A DNA stretch of 64,000 bases, taken from assembly GCA_965219095.1 (NCBI GenBank), contig CBDCMT010000001.1, positions 992,001-1,056,000 on the forward strand, written 5' to 3'. Each line of letters starts with the position of its first letter. Position 1 is the first letter of the stretch. Both the position numbers and the translations under genes were made by a program. This document shows, piece after piece, positions 58,192 to 64,000 of the stretch. The stretch comes from Bdellovibrionales bacterium. GTDB taxonomy: Bacteria > Bdellovibrionota > Bdellovibrionia > Bdellovibrionales > UBA1609. The notes under the pieces are model-generated. The model saw only the letters and a program-made list of their open reading frames with translations, did no database searches and was not told the origin of the DNA.

Positions 58192-59078
58192 TGGGTGAGG
58201 GCAAATTTGATCGTGATCTGATTCAAAAGGCCAAAAAGATTGAAGTTTACGCTAGAAAAAAAATTACAGACACTTTCTTAGCTGATTATCAATCTGTGTT
58301 TAGGGGCCAGGGAATGAGTTTTAGAGACTTTAGGGAGTACTCTCCTGGAGATGACATTAGAAACATCTCTTGGCCTTTAACAGCTCGTACGGGAAAGCCT
58401 TTTATTAAAACATTTGAAGAGGATAGGGAGCAGACCCTTATGTTTGTTGTGGATGTGAGTGGTTCTCAGTTTTTTGGGACCAAAAACAAAATGAAGTTTG
58501 ATTCTATTTGTCAATTTGTTGCTCTTATTGGTTTTGCAGGAGTGTTTCATCGCAACAATGTAGGACTTTGCCTTTTTAGCGATAAAGTAGAACATTTAGT
58601 CCCGCCTAAAAGAACGGTCCATCAGGTACAAAGGTTTTTATTGGATCTTTATTCCTATGAGTTCTCCCATAAGAAAACATCTCTTGTGTCTGTTTTAGGG
58701 TATTTAAGAAACTATTTGAAAAAAAAGACTTATGTGATCTTATGTAGTGATTTTATGGATCGAGATTTTGAAAAGGATTTAAAGCTTTTAGGGACAAAGC
58801 ATTCTGTTTTAAGCGTTTTTGTAGAAGATGAGGGAGAGGTTAACCTCCCTTATCTAGGACTTGTGGATTTTGAAGATCGAGAAACAGGTGAGATTTATAC
58901 TGTAGATACATCTTCTCCTTTTTTTAGAAAAGATTATAAAAAAGCCTTTTTAAAAAAAAGTTTTGAGAGGCTTGAAGCTCTTAAAAAATCTCACTGTGAT
59001 GTTTTAAAGCTTTCTACAAAAGATGATATTTTTAAAACAGTGAATCATTTTTTTCAGAAAAGGAGATCTTCGCATTGA
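58191..59078 (+). CDS. DUF58 domain protein
   Basis: FRDFREYSPGDDIRNISW and VDVSGS motifs. Confidence 0.92.
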   Translation: MGEGKFDRDLIQKAKKIEVYARKKITDTFLADYQSVFRGQGMSFRDFREYSPGDDIRNISWPLTARTGKPFIKTFEEDREQTLMFVVDVSGSQFFGTKNKMKFDSICQFVALIGFAGVFHRNNVGLCLFSDKVEHLVPPKRTVHQVQRFLLDLYSYEFSHKKTSLVSVLGYLRNYLKKKTYVILCSDFMDRDFEKDLKLLGTKHSVLSVFVEDEGEVNLPYLGLVDFEDRETGEIYTVDTSSPFFRKDYKKAFLKKSFERLEALKKSHCDVLKLSTKDDIFKTVNHFFQKRRSSH

Positions 59079-59896
59079 GTTTATGGAAATGTGAAATCAA
59101 ACCTCTTAAAAAGCCTTTGGATCAGTTAAGAGTAGGAGATAAATTTGATCTCCTTTGTTCTAACTCTGAAGGGTTTAAAAAGAAATTTGTAAAAAAGCCT
59201 TATGTTGTATTTAAGAATAAAAAAAAAGAGTTTGCTTTGCATTTGTTAGAGACAAAGCTGGATGATCATCAGAAAGCTCATTTTGAAGCTACAAGCTATA
59301 GGGCTGAAGCTCATAAAGATCTTAAATTTCAAATTACCGATGGAGAGGTTTTTTTTAACTCTCGCCTTACGTTCCAAGTCAAAAGTGTTCTTAAGCCTGA
59401 TTCTCAAATGATAGGCCCTGTAGGTCCTCTGAAAATGTCTTACGCACCTTATTTGTGGTGGGGGCTTGGTTTTATGAGTTTTGTGATTTTTGCATACATC
59501 TGTTATTTTTTTTACAGAAAGTTCAAATGGAAAAAATCTTTAGAAGACATTCAGTTTGGAAAAGAAAGAGCCTATAAGGATTTTTATAAAAAGACAAGAA
59601 AACTTTTAAAAGAACGCAAAGAAGAAAACAACAATTTCAAAGAACTTCAAAAAGAGTTCAAAGTTTTTTTAGCCTGTTGTTTTCGTATGCCTTTTCATAA
59701 AGATATTTGGAATTTATCCCATTTAAAAAGAAAACTTTATAGGAGAAATAAAAGTTATTATCAAACCAATAGTTTAGAGCTTTTTCAGCTTTTGTCGGAG
59801 CTTTCTTATGAGGGAGACTGCTCCTACGATGCTTTCTCAAATATGGTGTACCGATGTTATCATGTTTCAGAGAAGATTTTAAAGGACTGGAAATGA
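59075..59896 (+). CDS. Membrane-anchored hypothetical protein of the Bat operon
   Basis: One central TM helix, positioned between DUF58 and batA. Confidence 0.75.
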   Translation: MSLWKCEIKPLKKPLDQLRVGDKFDLLCSNSEGFKKKFVKKPYVVFKNKKKEFALHLLETKLDDHQKAHFEATSYRAEAHKDLKFQITDGEVFFNSRLTFQVKSVLKPDSQMIGPVGPLKMSYAPYLWWGLGFMSFVIFAYICYFFYRKFKWKKSLEDIQFGKERAYKDFYKKTRKLLKERKEENNNFKELQKEFKVFLACCFRMPFHKDIWNLSHLKRKLYRRNKSYYQTNSLELFQLLSELSYEGDCSYDAFSNMVYRCYHVSEKILKDWK

Positions 59897-60882
59897 TCTT
59901 TCTTTGGCCTCTTTGTTTTCTGCTTCTTATTCCTTATGTGCTTTTACTCTTCTTTTTTAAAAAAAAGAAGGCTTTTCCATTTAGTTCTGTAGAAGCTTTC
60001 TCTAAAGTCACTCCTAGTTTAAAAGTAAAGCTATCCTTTCTCCCACAGGTTTTACTACATTTCTCTTTTATATTTCTTGTTATAGCTCTTGCACGTCCGC
60101 AAGAACGTTCTGAAATGGTACAAAGACAAATTAAAGGCTTAGATATTATGATTGTTCTGGATGTGTCAGAGAGTATGTTGATTGAGGATATGAAACCTCA
60201 AAACCGTTTAGAGGCTTCAAAGCTTATGATTGAGGAATTTATTAAAAAGAAGGTTTCAGCTCGTATAGGTTTGGTTGTGTTTTCTGGAGAAAGTTTTTCT
60301 CCTGTGCCCATGACTTTAGATTATCCTTTTTTGATTCAAAAATTAAAAGAAGTCAATAGCTCGATACGAATCAAACAGGGGACAGCTATTGGTTTATCTT
60401 TACTTAACGCTGTGGATCGTTTGAAAAATTCCAAGGCGAAGACCCGTGTTGTTATTTTCTTAACTGATGGTGAGAACAATTCAGGCAACATTGCCCCAGA
60501 AGTGGCTTTGGATATTGCACAAAAGTATGACTTAAAAATTTATACCATTGCTATGGGAAAAGCAGGACCTGCTCGTATTCCTACTTATATGAAAGTTCCC
60601 GGAGGGAAAGTTATAAAAAGGTATCGTCCCTATGTAAGTCGGGTGAACAAGGGTTTACTTAAAAAAATGGCTGATACGACAGATGGACGGTTTTTTGAAG
60701 CTCAAGATAGTAGTGTGTTAAGAGAAATTTTTAAAACCATAAACTCTCTTGAGAAGTCAAAAATTAAAGTAGAAAATAAAATTCGTATTGAAGAGAAATT
60801 TCATAAATTTTTACTTTTCTCTTTTTTCTTGTATCTTATTTCATTCTTGCTTCAGGAAACTGTTTTTAGGAGGCTGAGTTAA
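59893..60882 (+). CDS. batA: BatA-like vWA protein
   Basis: LARPQ, LDVSESM, GTAIG and LTDGENNSG motifs. ATG at 59893. Confidence 0.88.
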   Translation: MIFLWPLCFLLLIPYVLLLFFFKKKKAFPFSSVEAFSKVTPSLKVKLSFLPQVLLHFSFIFLVIALARPQERSEMVQRQIKGLDIMIVLDVSESMLIEDMKPQNRLEASKLMIEEFIKKKVSARIGLVVFSGESFSPVPMTLDYPFLIQKLKEVNSSIRIKQGTAIGLSLLNAVDRLKNSKAKTRVVIFLTDGENNSGNIAPEVALDIAQKYDLKIYTIAMGKAGPARIPTYMKVPGGKVIKRYRPYVSRVNKGLLKKMADTTDGRFFEAQDSSVLREIFKTINSLEKSKIKVENKIRIEEKFHKFLLFSFFLYLISFLLQETVFRRLS

Positions 60883-61922
60883 TGTTTCGTTGGGCAGAGC
60901 CATTTTATTTTTGGTTTTTTGGTTTTTTGGTTTTTATGATTTTTTTGTATCTTTATAGTTGGAAAGCACAACAGAGGGTCTTAAGGAATCAGATAGGAGA
61001 TGAAATTTTGAAAAGCTATATGAAAACATTTTTAATAAAAAACAAAAAGCTTAAGAATTTGTTTCAAATCCTTTGTCTTTTAGGGATGGTGTTGGCTCTT
61101 TGTCGCCCCCAATGGGGACAGAAAGAGATGTTAGTGGATAGCACTGGAGCTGAAGTAGTTGTTCTTTTCGATGTATCAAAAAGTATGTTAGCTGAAGATT
61201 TAAGCCCTAGCCGGTTAGAAGCTGCTAAAAAAGAAGTAGCTAAGTGGGCTGTTAGTTCCCATGTTCAGAATAGGTTTGCTTTGATTGCCTTTGCAGGCTC
61301 TGCTGTTACCGTTTCTCCCTTAACTCAAGATGAAGATGCTTTTAAAAGTTATCTTGAGTTTTTGAGTGAGAATGTCATCACTTATCAGGGAACAAGCTTT
61401 TCTGAAGCTTTAAAGGAGGCTGAAGGAGTCTTTAAAAGAGGGGGGTTGATTGGCTCGGGAAATAAAATTGCAGGAGTGAGGCTTGTTTTACTTGTTTCTG
61501 ATGGAGAAATTCATGACAGTCTTCCAAAAGAAGCTTTAAAGTTTTTTAAGGACAATAAAATTCCTATTTTTACTCTTGGTGTGGGAACTAAAAAAGGAGG
61601 ACTCATTCCTATAAGAAATTCACAAGGTGGTTTTATTAATTATTTGCAAGATTCTAAAGGAGAGGTTGTGTTAAGCATTTTTCACAGTCAGGGGTTAAAA
61701 AGACTTGCTAAAGAAACAGGAGGAAGCTTTATTCCTCTTACGCAAGACGGCAGTCTAAAGCGAAAAATCAACGAACAGATGAACAAGCTAAAAAAATCTC
61801 AACTTAAGAGCCAAGAGGTGTTTTTAGACTTTGATGAAAAGTATTTTTGGTTTCTAATCATGTCTTCTGCTTTCTTTTTTCTCCAAAACGCTTTAAGATT
61901 AAGAAAGGAGGTCAAAGGGTGA
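60882..61922 (+). CDS. batB: BatB-like vWA protein
   Basis: RPQWG, DVSKSMLAED..PSRL, PLTQD and SDGE motifs. Confidence 0.88.
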   Translation: MFRWAEPFYFWFFGFLVFMIFLYLYSWKAQQRVLRNQIGDEILKSYMKTFLIKNKKLKNLFQILCLLGMVLALCRPQWGQKEMLVDSTGAEVVVLFDVSKSMLAEDLSPSRLEAAKKEVAKWAVSSHVQNRFALIAFAGSAVTVSPLTQDEDAFKSYLEFLSENVITYQGTSFSEALKEAEGVFKRGGLIGSGNKIAGVRLVLLVSDGEIHDSLPKEALKFFKDNKIPIFTLGVGTKKGGLIPIRNSQGGFINYLQDSKGEVVLSIFHSQGLKRLAKETGGSFIPLTQDGSLKRKINEQMNKLKKSQLKSQEVFLDFDEKYFWFLIMSSAFFFLQNALRLRKEVKG

Positions 61923-62665
61923 GAGACTTTGTCTTTTTCGTTTTCAGTTTCTTTTTTGTATTTCATGTCTTATCAGAAGATGGACCAAAAAAACTACTAG
62001 AAAAGAAAAAAAAGAGGCCCTCTCCTTCTTTTTCTACAGTTTATTACAATAACAAAGCCCTTTCTAAGCTGAAATCCCTTTTAGAAAAAAAACAAAAAGA
62101 ACCTAAAAAACCCATTGACTATGAGCTTTTAAGCAAAGCTGAAGGCCATCTTTATAAAGCTTTGAAATATGATAGTGAAAGTCCTGTTTTACATTTTAAT
62201 TTAGGAGTTTTTCTTGCTTTAAAAAACAAAGCTTCTACAGCTTTAAAGGAATGGGATTTTTCTTTGAAAAACTGGCTTCCAAAAGAACTTTTAGAAAAGT
62301 TTATGACTTTGTTTAACAAGGCTTTTTTAGAGGGGCTTTTAGGACAAAAGAAGAAGTCTTTAGAGCTTTATCAGAAAAGTTTAGAAATAACACCTGAGTC
62401 TTTAGAAGTGAGAACTAATATTGAACTTTTGTTCCAACAGCAAAAAAATCAAAAAGGAGGAAAAGAAGGAGGAGAATCAGAAGGAGAACCTTCGCAAGGA
62501 CAGGGACAAAATCCTCATGAGCAAAAACAAAAACAAAACCCCTCTCAACTTAACAAGCAACAAATCAAACAGCTCTTTAATGAGATCAAACAACAGGACC
62601 AGAACATTAAAGAAAAAAATCTTAAAAGAAACCAAAAAGGACATCACCGTGATAAGAATTGGTAG
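61919..62665 (+). CDS. batC: BatC-like TPR protein
   Basis: GTG at 61919 after aaggagg, TPR helices, NIELL, Gln-rich tail ending KNW. Confidence 0.8.
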   Translation: MRDFVFFVFSFFFVFHVLSEDGPKKLLEKKKKRPSPSFSTVYYNNKALSKLKSLLEKKQKEPKKPIDYELLSKAEGHLYKALKYDSESPVLHFNLGVFLALKNKASTALKEWDFSLKNWLPKELLEKFMTLFNKAFLEGLLGQKKKSLELYQKSLEITPESLEVRTNIELLFQQQKNQKGGKEGGESEGEPSQGQGQNPHEQKQKQNPSQLNKQQIKQLFNEIKQQDQNIKEKNLKRNQKGHHRDKNW

Positions 62666-64000
62666 TTTTTTTCTTTGCTTTTTGTTTTCATTTTTAGCTT
62701 TGTCTGAAGTGAAAAATTATGTAGATCGAAATAAAATTTATGAAAACGAAAGTGTTAGAATGACGATTTCTGTTGATGTTTCTGATAAAGAAGTGGAGTT
62801 TCCCTCTCAGTTTCAATTCAAAAACTTTCGTATTTTAAGTCGCTCCTCAAGTCAACAGATGAGTATGAGTTTTATTCAAGGAAAGATGATTCGTAAAAAG
62901 ACCAAAACTTTAGATTTAAGCCTTCAACCTAAAAGTACAGGTCAACTTACTATTGAGTCTATCAAGATCAAAGTAGGCTCGCATAACACCTTCACAAAAG
63001 CTTTAAAGATCGTAGTTTTAAAAGGAAAAAACCCTCACTCTCAAAGAACACAAAGGAGAGGGGGAACGTTTTTTTCTCCTCCTCCCTTAGGTAGATTTCT
63101 CCGCTCCCGGCCCTTTGACAATCTTGATCAGATGATTTCTAAGTCTCCTCCTGAACTTGTTTTTGAAGTGGATCAAACGAAAGCCTATGTGGGCCAAAGG
63201 ATCTTAGGACGTCTGATTCTATACTCTTCAACTCCTGTGAGAAGCACTCAGTTTGGTCAAATTCCCAACCTTAAAGAGTTTTGGAGACAGGATTTAGAAA
63301 TTTTCAATCTCTCGCGCACAGAGACTGTCATAAGAAAGGGAGAGCGTAAGTTTAAAACAGCTCTTACTTCTATGGCCTTATTTCCTTTAAGATCAGGAAA
63401 CTTTACGATTGGTTCTTTTGAAGCTGTTGTGAGTTTTTCTAGTTTTTTTGATTCAAAAAGCCTGAGGCTTTCAAGTCAGAAAAAACGTGTTCAAATCAAA
63501 GAAGTTCCTAAAGGCACTCAGCCAGAAAATTTCTCACAATTAGTCGGTGAACTTGAACTCAAAGCTGAGTTGGGTCAAAAAGAAGTGACTCAAAACAAAC
63601 CTTTTCTTTTTCACTTAACCATCGAAGGGGTTGGAGCTCTTCATACTTTTAGTCTCCCTCCTCTTGTTTGGCCTAAAGAGATTCAAGTCTATGATATAAA
63701 ATCTGTATCGGATATTTCTAGAAAGGGAGTCTCTAGGAAAGTTTTTAAAATCTATCTTGTGTCTAAGAATTCAAAAACTCTTAAGATTCCTCCCTTAACT
63801 CTTGTTGTTTTTAATCCTTATCAGAATCTTTATGAAGAACTTCGTACAAAAGAAGTTGAAGTTTATGTTAAAAAAAACATGGATCAAAAAAACACACCAT
63901 CTGTAAGTTCTTTCGTAGAAGAGGGAGAGAATAAGAAGAATTCGAGGTATGTTTTTAAACTAGATTCTAAAAATATGAAAGTGTTTTCTTTGAAAGAACT
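62649..64000 (+). CDS. batD: BatD-like protein (runs off the window end; not in ORF track)
   Basis: GTG at 62649 gives MIRIGSFFLCFLFSFLALSEVKNYVDRNKIYENESVRMTISV, later KAYVGQ and LFPLRSG. Follows batC. Confidence 0.82.
   Translation, partial: MIRIGSFFLCFLFSFLALSEVKNYVDRNKIYENESVRMTISVDVSDKEVEFPSQFQFKNFRILSRSSSQQMSMSFIQGKMIRKKTKTLDLSLQPKSTGQLTIESIKIKVGSHNTFTKALKIVVLKGKNPHSQRTQRRGGTFFSPPPLGRFLRSRPFDNLDQMISKSPPELVFEVDQTKAYVGQRILGRLILYSSTPVRSTQFGQIPNLKEFWRQDLEIFNLSRTETVIRKGERKFKTALTSMALFPLRSGNFTIGSFEAVVSFSSFFDSKSLRLSSQKKRVQIKEVPKGTQPENFSQLVGELELKAELGQKEVTQNKPFLFHLTIEGVGALHTFSLPPLVWPKEIQVYDIKSVSDISRKGVSRKVFKIYLVSKNSKTLKIPPLTLVVFNPYQNLYEELRTKEVEVYVKKNMDQKNTPSVSSFVEEGENKKNSRYVFKLDSKNMKVFSLKE

Noticed and set aside
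3036..59840. Short ORFs antisense to or overlapping real genes (e.g. 3036-3407, 7751-7951, 10235-10540, 28652-28897, 37243-37519, 39863-40138, 43957-44166, 54549-54803, 58377-58595)
   Set aside because: They are shadow frames of well-supported genes, with no RBS or recognisable motifs.
57202..64000. MoxR-vWA cluster as a novel system
   Set aside because: Gene order and motifs match the well-known moxR-DUF58-batABCD operon.

Overview
AT-rich bacterial chromosome segment. Gene content (REC-J-domain-TPR protein, vWA lipoprotein, DUF4423-like protein, MoxR/Bat operon) suggests Bdellovibrionota; this is inference. The window has four layers. (1) Housekeeping blocks: lptF-like, response regulator, trxA, trhO-like and an ABC-2 transporter at 6.4-12.8 kb, and a moxR-DUF58-batABCD operon at 57.2-64 kb. 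(2) A very dense load of insertion sequences (IS1634, IS66, ISL3, IS630, IS5, IS110), with three nested insertions showing intact target-site duplications, many solo ends and 43-257 bp miniature derivatives. (3) A defence island at 27.2-40.8 kb: HNH plus an IetAS-type AAA ATPase/S8 protease pair, and a tightly coupled five-gene operon (membrane protein, ThsB-like TIR, HsdR, fused HsdM-HsdS, RxxxxH HEPN-like protein). (4) A decaying compact conjugative element at 41.1-55.1 kb with a VirB2/3/4/6/8/9/10-like set, a Replic_Relax/MOBC-type relaxase, a truncated coupling protein and a 26-bp perfect palindrome. The best candidates for an undescribed system are the TM-TIR-type I RM-HEPN operon and a secreted protein combining nucleotidyltransferase, ADP-ribosyltransferase-like and 35-aa tandem-repeat regions (20133-22505). 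No rRNA, tRNA or CRISPR array was recognised.
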